A stretch of DNA of 40,803 bases from Burkholderiales bacterium (GCA_036394495.1 DASWEZ010000084.1:1-40803); one strand, 5' to 3'. Shown: positions 25,307 to 34,606, numbered from the stretch's first letter. A program made the numbers and translations. Notes: generated by a model not told the origin, from the sequence alone.

Positions 25307-26788
25307 ATGACTGCATCCACAGCTAGGAAGATCGTCGGGGAGACGGCAACGACTTACCAGAACCTGATCGGCGGCAAATGGCAGCCCGCTTCCGATGCCC
25401 GCACGGTCGACATGGTGAGCCCCAGCGACGGCCAGGCGTTCGCCAAAATCGCACGCGGTACCAAAGCGGATGTCGATGCGGCGGTCAAAGCCGCGCGCCA
25501 TGCCTTCGAGGAAGGCGCCTGGAGCAAGCTGACGGCCGTGGAGCGCGGCCGCCTGATGACCAGGCTCGGCGAGGCCATTCTCGCCAACCATGAAGAGCTT
25601 TCCCAGCTCGAAGCGAGGGATTGCGGCAAGCCGATGAAACAGGCGCGTGCCGATATCACCGCAGCGGCACGCTACTTCGAGTTCTATGGCGGCGCAGCCG
25701 ACAAGGTTCACGGCGATACCGTCCCGTTTCTCGACGGCTACATGGTGACTATCCTGCGCGAAGCGAAAGGCGTGACCGGCCACATCATCCCGTGGAATTA
25801 TCCGGCGCAGATGTTCGGCCGCAGCCTGGCGCCGGCACTGGCGATGGGTAACGCGGTAGTCATGAAACCGGCCGAAGATGCCTGCGTGACACCGGTACGC
25901 ATGGCGCAACTCGCGCAGGAAGTCGGCTTTCCGCCGGGCGCCCTGAACGTCGTCACCGGCATCGGCGAGGAAGCCGGCGCGGCGCTCGCCAGCCATCCCG
26001 GCATCGATTTCCTGTCTTTCACCGGTTCGCCGGAAGTCGGCACGCTGGTGCAGAAAGCGGCGGCCGAAAACCATATCGGCTGCACCCTGGAACTGGGCGG
26101 CAAGTCGCCACAGATCGTATTCGAGGATGCCGATTTCGATGCCGCGGTCCCGGTCGTGGTCAACGCCATCGTCCAGAACGGCGGCCAGACCTGCTCTGCG
26201 GGCAGCCGCGTGCTGGTGCAGAAATCCATCTACGAGAAATTCGTAGCACTGGTGGTCGCGCGCTTCAAGCTGTTGCGCGTGGGCAGCCACGCGATGGACC
26301 TGGATTGCGGTCCGCTGATCTCGGAGAACCAGAAGAGGCGCGTGCACGGTTTTATCGATCGCGCGAAGAAGGACGGCATCCCGGTGCTCGCCGAAGCGCA
26401 GATCGCCGATGGCGCGCCGTCCGGCGGCTTCTACGTCGCGCCGGTCCTGTTTGGGCCCGTACCCCGGAACAACTCGCTGGCCTGCGACGAAGTGTTCGGT
26501 CCGGTGTTGTCCATCATCCCCTTCGAGGACGAAGCGGATGCCGTGAAGCTCGCCAATTCGACCGAGTTCGGGCTGGTAGCCGGCATCTGGACGCGTGACG
26601 GCGCGCGCCAGATGCGGGTGGCGAAGAAGATGCGCTGCGGCCAGGTTTTCGTGAACGGTTACGGCGCGGGAGGCGGCATCGAACTGCCCTTCGGCGGCGT
26701 GAAGAAAAGCGGCCACGGCAGGGAAAAAGGCCTCGAGGCGTTGCACGAGTTTTCGCACACCAAGACCATCGTGTTCAAGCACGGATGA
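25307..26788 (+). CDS. NAD(P)+-dependent aldehyde dehydrogenase
   Basis: 493 aa. Catalytic motifs ELGGKSP and GQTCSAGSR; EEVFGPV-like DEVFGPV. Confidence 0.9.
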   Translation: MTASTARKIVGETATTYQNLIGGKWQPASDARTVDMVSPSDGQAFAKIARGTKADVDAAVKAARHAFEEGAWSKLTAVERGRLMTRLGEAILANHEELSQLEARDCGKPMKQARADITAAARYFEFYGGAADKVHGDTVPFLDGYMVTILREAKGVTGHIIPWNYPAQMFGRSLAPALAMGNAVVMKPAEDACVTPVRMAQLAQEVGFPPGALNVVTGIGEEAGAALASHPGIDFLSFTGSPEVGTLVQKAAAENHIGCTLELGGKSPQIVFEDADFDAAVPVVVNAIVQNGGQTCSAGSRVLVQKSIYEKFVALVVARFKLLRVGSHAMDLDCGPLISENQKRRVHGFIDRAKKDGIPVLAEAQIADGAPSGGFYVAPVLFGPVPRNNSLACDEVFGPVLSIIPFEDEADAVKLANSTEFGLVAGIWTRDGARQMRVAKKMRCGQVFVNGYGAGGGIELPFGGVKKSGHGREKGLEALHEFSHTKTIVFKHG

Positions 26789-26816
26789 GGACTACGCCGA
26801 AACCTTTTTGGTCTAA

Positions 26817-27007
26817 ATCTCACCACGAAGGCACGAAGGACACGAAGGTTCACGAAGAAAAACTTAGGTGTGAAGGAATTTCGCTTCTGCGCAACTTTCG
26901 TCGCATCTCCGTGTATCGCGGATGTCTATCACCGACCGTTGTCACCCTTCCGTTCTTTTGCATTTCTTCGTGCCACTTCGTGTCCTTCGTGCCTTCGTGG
27001 TGAGAAT
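26817..27007. repeat. CACGAAGG-family hairpin element, copy 2
   Basis: Left arm 26817-26860; right arm 26963-27007. The reverse complement of the right arm matches the left arm of copy 1 at about 43/44 positions. The centre is unrelated to copy 1. Confidence 0.9.
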
Positions 27008-27102
27008 TTGACCAGGCTTTCGGGTTATAAGCAGCCTATTGGGTATATTGGCGGCCTGCTGATCGTGGCAGGCCGTTGTGTTATTTACCGAAGGAGAAGT
27101 CG

Positions 27103-28329
27103 TTGCACCTGATTCGCCCATTTACCGGTTTACGGCCCGCACCAGGCCGCGCCGCCGAGGTTGCCGCGCCGCCTTACGACGTCCTTTCTACCGAAGAAGC
27201 ACGTGTCCGCGCCGCCGGCAAGCCGTGGAGCTTTCTGCATATCTCCAAACCGGAGATCGACCTTCCTCCGGGCACCGATCCTTACGCGCCCCAGGTCTAT
27301 GCAAAGGCCGCGGAAAACCTCCAGCGCATACTTGCGCAAAAGGTGCTGGAGCGCGACCCGAAGCCCTGCTATTACGCCTACCGGCTGATCATGGATGGTC
27401 AAGCGCAGACTGGCGTGGTGGCGGCAGCCTCGGTGGCGGAATACGACAGCAACCGCATCCGCAAACATGAGTTCACCCGGCCGGACAAGGAGGACGATCG
27501 CGTCCGCCAGATCGAAGCGCTGAACGCGCAGACCGGGCCGGTTCTGCTGGCTTACCCGAATGCGCCGGATGTGGACGCCTTGCTTGCGCAGGTCGCGAAA
27601 GGCGAGCCTGTCGCGGATGTAACGGCGGATACCGGGGTGCGTCACAGCCTGTGGCGCATCGAAGATGCACAGTTGCAGGACAGGCTTACGCAGGCCTTTG
27701 ATGCGATGCCGGCCCTGTATATCGCCGACGGCCATCACCGCTCCGCTGCCGCGTCACGGGTCGCCGCATCACGGCGTGCTTCCGGAACGGAAAGTTGTAA
27801 CTTTTTTCTTGCTGTCGCGTTTCCGTATCATCAGATGCGCATCCTGCCTTACAACCGCGTAGTCACCGACCTGAACGGACTCAGCCGGCAGGAATTTCTG
27901 TCCAAAGTCGGCCAGAGTTTTGCGCTGCATGCCGCATCGAACGCCGTAACGCCGGCGAAACCGGGTGAATTCGGCCTGTATCTGATGGCCCAATGGTACC
28001 GGTTGAACATCCATCCCTCGCTGGTGCCGATGAACGACCCGGTCCAGCGCCTCGATGTCAGCCTGCTCGCCGACCGCCTGTTGGCGCCTTTGCTCGGCAT
28101 CACCGACCCCAGGCGCGACAAGCGCATCGATTTCATCGGGGGCATCCGTGGCCTGGCGGAACTGGAGAAGCGGGTCGACAGCGGCGCAATGGCGGCGGCG
28201 TTTTCGATGTTTCCGACCCGCATGGAAGACCTGATGGCAGTCGCGGATGTCGGCGAAGTCATGCCGCCGAAGTCGACCTGGTTCGAGCCCAAACTGGCCG
28301 ATGGACTGGTTTCGCATGTTCTGGATTAG
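27103..28329 (+). CDS. DUF1015 domain protein
   Basis: Likely TTG start at 27103, 7 nt after AAGGAGA. LIRPFTGLRP..APPYDV and ..YIADGHHR motifs characteristic of DUF1015. Confidence 0.75.
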   Translation: MHLIRPFTGLRPAPGRAAEVAAPPYDVLSTEEARVRAAGKPWSFLHISKPEIDLPPGTDPYAPQVYAKAAENLQRILAQKVLERDPKPCYYAYRLIMDGQAQTGVVAAASVAEYDSNRIRKHEFTRPDKEDDRVRQIEALNAQTGPVLLAYPNAPDVDALLAQVAKGEPVADVTADTGVRHSLWRIEDAQLQDRLTQAFDAMPALYIADGHHRSAAASRVAASRRASGTESCNFFLAVAFPYHQMRILPYNRVVTDLNGLSRQEFLSKVGQSFALHAASNAVTPAKPGEFGLYLMAQWYRLNIHPSLVPMNDPVQRLDVSLLADRLLAPLLGITDPRRDKRIDFIGGIRGLAELEKRVDSGAMAAAFSMFPTRMEDLMAVADVGEVMPPKSTWFEPKLADGLVSHVLD

Positions 28330-28473
28330 TACAGGACTGTAACTACCGGGTTACAACGAGTTACACTATGCATCTGGGCAGCCAAGAACCCGCTTTTCGA
28401 ATGAGTTCCGAGCCGATCGGATCGGGCGGGCAATAAAAATTCGCAGGCAACCGCCCAGCCGGAGGAGCACTTT

Positions 28474-30282
28474 TTGAAGCCCACCGATATTGCTGAACCC
28501 GCCTATTTCCACAAGGTCGTGGATTGTCAGTGGGCGTGTCCCGCCCACACCCCCGTTCCGGAATACATCAGGATGATCGCCGCAGGACGTCACGGCGACG
28601 CCTACATGGTCAACTGGAACTCCAACGTCTTCCCCGGCATTCTCGGCCGCACCTGCGATCGTCCCTGCGAACCGGCCTGCCGGCGCGGACGGGTCGAGGA
28701 GCACAATCAGGCCAAGCCCGAGCCGGTCGCGATCTGCCGCCTCAAGCGCGTCGCCGCCGACAACAAGGGCGACATCCGCTCCCGATTGCCGAGAGCCCCC
28801 TCAAGCAAGAACGGCAAGCGCGTGGCCTGTATCGGCGGCGGGCCTGCATCGCTGACTGTGGCGCGCGATCTGGCGCCGCTCGGTTACGAAGTCGTGATCT
28901 TCGACCAGGACCCCAAGGCCGGCGGCATGATCCGCACGCAGATTCCGCGTTTCCGCCTTCCCGAAGAGGTGATCGACGAAGAAGTCGGCTACGTGATCGA
29001 CATCGGCGTCGAATTCCGCGGCGGCGTGCGCATCGACAGCATGAAGAAGCTGCTGTCCCAGGGGTTCGATGCGGTCTTCGTCGGCTCGGGCGCGCCGCGC
29101 GGCCGCGACCTGGACCTTCCAGGCCGCAAGGAAGCGGCGAAGAACATCCACATCGGCATCGACTGGCTGTCGTCGGTGTCTTTCGGTCACGTCGAAAAGA
29201 TCGGCAAGCGCGTGATCGTGCTCGGCGGCGGCAACACGGCGATGGACTGTTGCCGTACATCCCGGCGCCTGGGAGGCGACGACGTCAAAGTCATCGTGCG
29301 CAGCGGTTTCGACGAAATGAAGGCCAGCCCCTGGGAGAAGGAGGATGCGGCGCATGAAGGCATCCCGATCCTGAACTTCCTGGTGCCGAAGGCCTTCGAA
29401 CACCGCAATGGCAAGCTCACGGGCATGACCTTCGAAAAGGTCAAGGCGGTGTTCGACGACAAAGGGCGCCGCAAACTGGTGCCCACTGGCGAACCGGATC
29501 AGCGCTTCGACTGCGACGATGTGCTGGTTGCCGTCGGCCAGGAGAACTCGTTCCCGTGGATCGAACGCGACGCCGGCATCGACTTCGACCAATCCGGCAT
29601 GCCGGTCGTCGACAAGGTCACCTTCCAATCCTCGAACCAGAACGTGTTCTTCGGCGGCGACGCGGCATTCGGCCCGAAGAACATCATCTGGGCGGTCGCC
29701 CATGGCCACGACGCGGCGATCTCGATCGACAAATTCTGCAACGGCGAGGACGTGCGCGTGCGGCCCGGACCGCTGGTGAACCTCGTCAGCCAGAAGATGG
29801 GCATTCACGAGTGGAGCTACGACAACGATGTTTCGGGAGATCTGCGCCACAAGGTGCCGCTCAAGGACCAGGCGATCGCGCTGAAGAGCATCAAGGTCGA
29901 GGTCGAACTCGGCTTCGACGCGAAGCTGGCTTTTTCCGAAGCGCAGCGCTGCCTGAACTGCGACGTGCAGACGGTTTTCTCGCCGCCGCTTTGCATCGAA
30001 TGCGACGCCTGCGTTGACATCTGTCCGATGGATTGCATCACCTTTACCGCCAACGGCGAGGAAAACGATTTGCGCGGCCGGCTCAACGCGCCCGCCAAAG
30101 AGTTGTCACAGGATTTGTATGTATCCGACCTGCTCAAGACCGGCCGCATCATGGCCAAGGACGAGGACGTCTGCCTGCATTGCGGGCTGTGCGCCGAGCG
30201 TTGTCCGACCGGCGCCTGGGACATGCGCAAATTCCTTCTGAACGTCACGCACGCGGGACCGGCATGTCGCAGCCAAAAATAA
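28474..30282 (+). CDS. GltD-like NAD(P)H-dependent flavoprotein fused to a 2x[4Fe-4S] ferredoxin domain (KorC-like electron-transfer subunit)
   Basis: TTG start at 28474 after GGAGGAG. N-terminal Cys cluster (CQWACPAHTP...CDRPCEPAC); two dinucleotide folds (VACIGGGPAS; VIVLGGGNTAMD); C-terminal CIECDACVDICP and CLHCGLCAERCP. Confidence 0.8.
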   Translation: MKPTDIAEPAYFHKVVDCQWACPAHTPVPEYIRMIAAGRHGDAYMVNWNSNVFPGILGRTCDRPCEPACRRGRVEEHNQAKPEPVAICRLKRVAADNKGDIRSRLPRAPSSKNGKRVACIGGGPASLTVARDLAPLGYEVVIFDQDPKAGGMIRTQIPRFRLPEEVIDEEVGYVIDIGVEFRGGVRIDSMKKLLSQGFDAVFVGSGAPRGRDLDLPGRKEAAKNIHIGIDWLSSVSFGHVEKIGKRVIVLGGGNTAMDCCRTSRRLGGDDVKVIVRSGFDEMKASPWEKEDAAHEGIPILNFLVPKAFEHRNGKLTGMTFEKVKAVFDDKGRRKLVPTGEPDQRFDCDDVLVAVGQENSFPWIERDAGIDFDQSGMPVVDKVTFQSSNQNVFFGGDAAFGPKNIIWAVAHGHDAAISIDKFCNGEDVRVRPGPLVNLVSQKMGIHEWSYDNDVSGDLRHKVPLKDQAIALKSIKVEVELGFDAKLAFSEAQRCLNCDVQTVFSPPLCIECDACVDICPMDCITFTANGEENDLRGRLNAPAKELSQDLYVSDLLKTGRIMAKDEDVCLHCGLCAERCPTGAWDMRKFLLNVTHAGPACRSQK

Positions 30283-32096
30283 ACGACTTCGTCGTCAAGT
30301 TCGCGAATGTCAACGGCTCGGGTTCGGCCTCGGCCAACCAGTTGTTCGCGAAAGCCATCCTGCGCATGGGCGTGCCGGTCAGCCCGCGCAATATCTTTCC
30401 GTCCAACATCCAGGGCCTGCCGACCTGGTACGAAGTGCGGGTTTCGGAGGCGGGCTATCTCGGCGCGCGCGGCGGCGTCGACCTGATGGTGGCGATGAAT
30501 CCGCAGACCTGGGACAAGGATGTGCTCGGCATCGATCCGGGCGGCTATCTGTTTTACGACTCGACCAAGCCGCTGCCGAAATCGAAATTCCGCGAGGACG
30601 TGCGCGTCATCGGGGTGCCGCTCACGGAGATCGGCAACCGCGAGTATTCCGATCCGCGCCAGCGCCAGCTGTTCCGCAACATCATTTATGTGGGTGCCCT
30701 GGCGGCGCTGCTGGACATGGACATTGCCGAGATCGAAAAGCTGATCGGCGAGCAATTCGAGGGCAAGGACAAACTGATAGCGCCGAACATCCGTGCGCTG
30801 CATCTGGGGCGCGACTATGCGAAGGCGCATTTCGAGTGCCCGATCGGCCTGAGCGTGCGCCGCGCCTCCGCCGTCGGCGACAGCATTTTCATCGACGGCA
30901 ACACGGCCGCCGCACTGGGCTGCGTGTACGGCGGCGCGACGGTCGCGGCGTGGTATCCGATCACGCCGTCGTCGAGCCTGGCGGAAGCGTTCGCGCGGCA
31001 TTGCAGGACTTATCGCAAGGATGAGTCCGGCAACAATCGCTATGCGGTGATCCAGGCCGAGGACGAACTTGCATCGATCGGCATGGTGATCGGCGCCAGC
31101 TGGAACGGCGCACGCGCCTTCACCTGCACCTCCGGCCCCGGCATCTCGCTGATGCAGGAGTTCATCGGGCTGGCCTACTTCGCCGAAATTCCCGCGGTGA
31201 TTTTCGACGTGCAGCGCGGCGGGCCTTCGACCGGCATGCCGACCCGCACGCAGCAGGCCGACGTGCTGGCGTGCGCCTATGCCTCGCACGGCGATACCAA
31301 GCATGTGCTGCTGTTTCCCGAAGACCCGGCGGAAAGTTTCGATTTCGCAGCCGATGCATTCGACATCGCCGAACGCCTGCAGACGCCGGTGTTCGTCATG
31401 CTGGATCTGGACATCGGCATGAACGACCGCCTGAGCCGGCCGCTTGCCTGGGATGACGCGCGCCGCTACGACCGCGGCAAGGTCGCGACCTTCGACGCGC
31501 TGGAGTCCGGCAAGGAATTCGGCCGCTATCTGGACGTCGACGGCGACGGCATTACCTACCGGACCTATCCCGGCACGCACCCTTCGCGCGGCGCGTTCTT
31601 CACGCGCGGCACCACCAAAGACCGGTACGCGCGCTACAGCGAGGCCGGGCCCGACTACATGGACAACATGCAGCGGCTGCTGCGCAAGTTCGAGACGGCC
31701 AAAGACTTGTTGCCGAAACCCGAGGTCCGGCCGGCATTGCAACCGAGCCGGCTTGGGGTGCTCTACTACGGTTCGACCAGCCCGGCAATGTACGAGGCGC
31801 TCGATAGCCTCGAGCAGCAGGGCATCCATTTCGACGCAATGCGCGTGCGCGCTTTCCCTTTCCACGATCAGGTCGAGGATTTCATCGCCGGGCACGACCA
31901 CGTGTTCGTGGTCGAGCAGAACCGCGATGCGCAGCTGCGCATGCTGCTGGTCAACGAATGCGGCGTCGATCCCGCCAAACTCACGCCGGTGCTGCACTAC
32001 GATGGCACGCCGATCACGGCGCGTTTCATCGTCAAGGAAATCGCCGAGGACGCGAAGGCCCTGAAAGTCACTCCCATGCGCAAGGTGGCTCCATGA
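30264..32096 (+). CDS. korA: 2-oxoacid:acceptor oxidoreductase alpha subunit (gamma-alpha fusion type)
   Basis: ATG 30264 lies 19 nt inside the preceding gene. 610 aa. N-terminus ..VKFANVNGSGSASANQLFAKAI.. (gamma-like), then ..AAWYPITPSS.. (alpha). Confidence 0.85.
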   Translation: MSQPKINDFVVKFANVNGSGSASANQLFAKAILRMGVPVSPRNIFPSNIQGLPTWYEVRVSEAGYLGARGGVDLMVAMNPQTWDKDVLGIDPGGYLFYDSTKPLPKSKFREDVRVIGVPLTEIGNREYSDPRQRQLFRNIIYVGALAALLDMDIAEIEKLIGEQFEGKDKLIAPNIRALHLGRDYAKAHFECPIGLSVRRASAVGDSIFIDGNTAAALGCVYGGATVAAWYPITPSSSLAEAFARHCRTYRKDESGNNRYAVIQAEDELASIGMVIGASWNGARAFTCTSGPGISLMQEFIGLAYFAEIPAVIFDVQRGGPSTGMPTRTQQADVLACAYASHGDTKHVLLFPEDPAESFDFAADAFDIAERLQTPVFVMLDLDIGMNDRLSRPLAWDDARRYDRGKVATFDALESGKEFGRYLDVDGDGITYRTYPGTHPSRGAFFTRGTTKDRYARYSEAGPDYMDNMQRLLRKFETAKDLLPKPEVRPALQPSRLGVLYYGSTSPAMYEALDSLEQQGIHFDAMRVRAFPFHDQVEDFIAGHDHVFVVEQNRDAQLRMLLVNECGVDPAKLTPVLHYDGTPITARFIVKEIAEDAKALKVTPMRKVAP

Positions 32097-33148
32097 CCTA
32101 CATCACCAAACCGAAACTCCATCATCCGCAACTGCCCGCCAATAAACTGGGCTTTACGCGGCGCGACTACGAAGGCGCGATTTCCACGCTCTGCGCCGGC
32201 TGCGGCCACGATTCGATCAGCGCCGCGATCATCCAGGCCTGCTTCGAACTCGACCTGCCGCCGCATCGCATCGCCAAGTTGTCCGGCATCGGTTGCTCAT
32301 CGAAGACGCCGACCTATTTCCTCAGCAGTTCGCACGGATTCAACAGCGTGCACGGACGCATGCCCTCGGTGCTGACCGGTGCCAACCTGGCCAACCGCGA
32401 ACTGATTTACCTGGGGGTATCGGGCGACGGCGATTCCGCGTCGATCGGGCTGGGCCAGTTTGCGCACAGCGTCCGGCGCGGCGTGAACATGGTCTATATC
32501 GTCGAGAACAACGGCGTGTACGGGCTGACCAAAGGCCAGTTCTCGGCGACTTCGGACCGCGGTTCGAAGAGCAAGAAGGGCGCGACCAACACCGACGCCG
32601 CCATCGACATGGTCCTGCTCGCGATGGAGCTGGGCGCAACTTACGTGGCGCGCAGCTTCTCCGGCGACAAAGCGCAACTGGTGCCGCTGATCAAAGGCGC
32701 GATCCTGCACCGCGGCGCGGCGTTCATCGATTGCATCTCGCCCTGCGTGGCTTTCAACAACCACGCCGGTTCGACCAAGAGTTTCGACTACGTGCGCGAG
32801 CACAACGAAGCCGTCAACCAGCTCGACGTGATGCTGCCGCGCGAGCCGATCACGGCGGACTATGCGCCGGGCGCCGTCGAGGAAATCACCCAGCACGACG
32901 GTTCGGTGCTGAAACTGCGCAAGCTTGCCGCCGAATACGACGTACACGACCGCATCGCCGCGATGAACTACCTGCAGGAACGCAAGGCGGCGGGGGAGAT
33001 CGTGACCGGCGTGCTGCACGTCGATCCGGATCCGGAAGACCTGCATGCGCATCTCGGCACCGTCGAGTCGCCGTTCAACAAGCTCGGCGAGAAGGAGCTC
33101 TGTCCTGGCAGCGTTTCACTGGATCAATTCAACGCCGCGCATCGTTAG
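32093..33148 (+). CDS. korB: 2-oxoacid:acceptor oxidoreductase beta subunit (TPP-binding)
   Basis: ATG 32093 overlaps the korA stop (ATGA). 351 aa. CAGCGH, GIGCSS and GDGD..IG motifs. Confidence 0.85.
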   Translation: MTYITKPKLHHPQLPANKLGFTRRDYEGAISTLCAGCGHDSISAAIIQACFELDLPPHRIAKLSGIGCSSKTPTYFLSSSHGFNSVHGRMPSVLTGANLANRELIYLGVSGDGDSASIGLGQFAHSVRRGVNMVYIVENNGVYGLTKGQFSATSDRGSKSKKGATNTDAAIDMVLLAMELGATYVARSFSGDKAQLVPLIKGAILHRGAAFIDCISPCVAFNNHAGSTKSFDYVREHNEAVNQLDVMLPREPITADYAPGAVEEITQHDGSVLKLRKLAAEYDVHDRIAAMNYLQERKAAGEIVTGVLHVDPDPEDLHAHLGTVESPFNKLGEKELCPGSVSLDQFNAAHR

Positions 33149-33176
33149 TCCGGCTGAATGATTCCTAAGGCACGAA

Positions 33177-33411
33177 ATTCTCACCACGCGCCGCAAGCGG
33201 CACACACCCCTGCGGGTGCATATGAGTGTTCCCTTGAGGCACGAAGGACACGAAGTTGCACGAAGAAGGGCAAGATCGGCATGGCATTGCATGGCATTGT
33301 GTTGTATATAGTTATTTGACCATGGCTGACGCGCTATCGTGGCGATGTGCAGACGCGGAATGACTCTCCCCCGGTCTTCTTCGTGTTCCTTCGTGTCCTT
33401 CGTGGTGAGAT
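33177..33411. repeat. CACGAAGG-family hairpin element, copy 3, with a 48-nt insertion in its left arm
   Basis: The left arm is split: attctcaccacg (33177-33188) and aggcacgaaggacacgaagttgcacgaagaaggg (33237-33270). Right arm 33376-33411. The insertion at 33189-33236 carries two mini-hairpins. Confidence 0.85.
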
Positions 33412-33450
33412 TTTAGTTTTACTCCGCATTCTTTTTTTCGCGCCTATCCC

Positions 33451-34212
33451 TTGAACGGTTTTTCATCCGCAGAACTTAGCCAGTTCGCTCGCGACGGCTT
33501 CGTGATCGTGCGCGGCCTCGTCCCGCAGGCCTCCTGCGAAGCGATGAAGGCGCTGGCATTGCGCCATCTCGCGGCCGAAATCCAGCCGCTGGAATACGAG
33601 GCGCAGGTGCGTTATCCCGGAGCACCGGCTGCGCTGGATGCTCCCGGCGGCCGGACGGTGCGCCGCGAATTGCAGGCCTGCGCGCGCGATGCGCTTTACA
33701 GGGACTGGGCAACGTCGCCGCAACTCGCAAGCCGGTTGCATCACATACTCGGCCCGTCGCTGGAGCTGTCGCAGGCGCACCACAACTGCATCATGACCAA
33801 GAACCCCGCGTTTAGCAGTGCGACCGGATGGCATCAGGACATCCGTTACTGGTCCTTCCAGAAACCCGAACTGGTATCGGTGTGGCTCGCACTCGGTCCG
33901 GAGCACGAGGAGAACGGCTGCCTGTGGCTGGTGCCGGGTTCGCAGCGCATGGAATTCCGTGCCGGCCAGTATGACGACGACCGTTTCTTCCGTGCCGACC
34001 TGGACGAGAACCGCGGGATCCTGCAAGGCAAGGTTGCCGCCGAACTGGACGAAGGCGACGTGTTGTTCTTTCATTGCCGCCTGTTGCACGCGGCCGGACA
34101 GAATCGAACTGCGCTGACGAAATTCGCCGCCGTCTTCACCTACCATGCGGCGGCCAACCGGCCGCTGGCCGGGACGCGTTCCGCTTCCTTGCCGGATATT
34201 CCGCTTCTTTAG
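33451..34212 (+). CDS. Phytanoyl-CoA dioxygenase (PhyH) family Fe(II)/2-oxoglutarate oxygenase
   Basis: 253 aa with TTG start and no clear SD. ..FARDGFVIVRGL.., WHQD (HxD facial-triad position), ..FFHCRLLHAAGQN.. Confidence 0.7.
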   Translation: MNGFSSAELSQFARDGFVIVRGLVPQASCEAMKALALRHLAAEIQPLEYEAQVRYPGAPAALDAPGGRTVRRELQACARDALYRDWATSPQLASRLHHILGPSLELSQAHHNCIMTKNPAFSSATGWHQDIRYWSFQKPELVSVWLALGPEHEENGCLWLVPGSQRMEFRAGQYDDDRFFRADLDENRGILQGKVAAELDEGDVLFFHCRLLHAAGQNRTALTKFAAVFTYHAAANRPLAGTRSASLPDIPLL

Positions 34213-34257
34213 ACGTGCAACCTGACGCAGAGCGTTACCTGCGCAGGTGACATGTAC

Positions 34258-34286
34258 TTGCGATCCGGAAGGCGGCGCTATATATA
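34258..34286 (+). promoter_or_regulatory. Putative sigma-70 promoter driving a leaderless arsR-family transcript
   Basis: TTGCGA (34258-34263), a 17-nt spacer, then TATATA (34281-34286) inside a (TA)5 tract. The ATG at 34293 is 7 nt downstream and there is no SD. Confidence 0.4.
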
Positions 34287-34292
34287 TATGCA

Positions 34293-34586
34293 ATGGCAAC
34301 CACCAAAGACAACCGACTGACAGACCGGCAGTTTGCGCAGATCTCCCGCGCCCTGGCGGAGCCGCGGCGCTATGAGATCCTCAAGCAGATCGGCGCTTGC
34401 AACGCGCCGATGCAGTGCAGCGCGGTGCTCGAGGCGCACGATATCAGCGCCGCGACCCTGTCCCACCACATCAAGGAACTCGAAACGGCGGGACTGGTGG
34501 AAACCGCGCGCGAAGGCAAGTTCATGAATCTCGTCGTGAAACGCGACGTCTTGCGCGCTTACCTAGACCGTCTCGCAAAAATCTAG
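34293..34586 (+). CDS. ArsR/SmtB-family transcriptional regulator
   Basis: 97 aa. ..[13 protein letters not shown].. and ..[18 protein letters not shown].. winged-HTH pattern. Confidence 0.8.
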   Translation: MATTKDNRLTDRQFAQISRALAEPRRYEILKQIGACNAPMQCSAVLEAHDISAATLSHHIKELETAGLVETAREGKFMNLVVKRDVLRAYLDRLAKI

Positions 34587-34606
34587 CGCCGTCACTGAAA
34601 GACCTC

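Noticed and set aside
3104-27112. Small ORFs lying across repeat elements: 3104-3325, 9694-9999, 9924-10175, 9951-10133, 18060-18341, 26659-26853, 26785-27003, 26870-27112
   Set aside because: Their peptides (HEGTKDTK, FVSFVPSW, RGKRKG and similar) are simply translations of the tandem units. There is no RBS and no conservation logic, and similar peptides arise from both arms.
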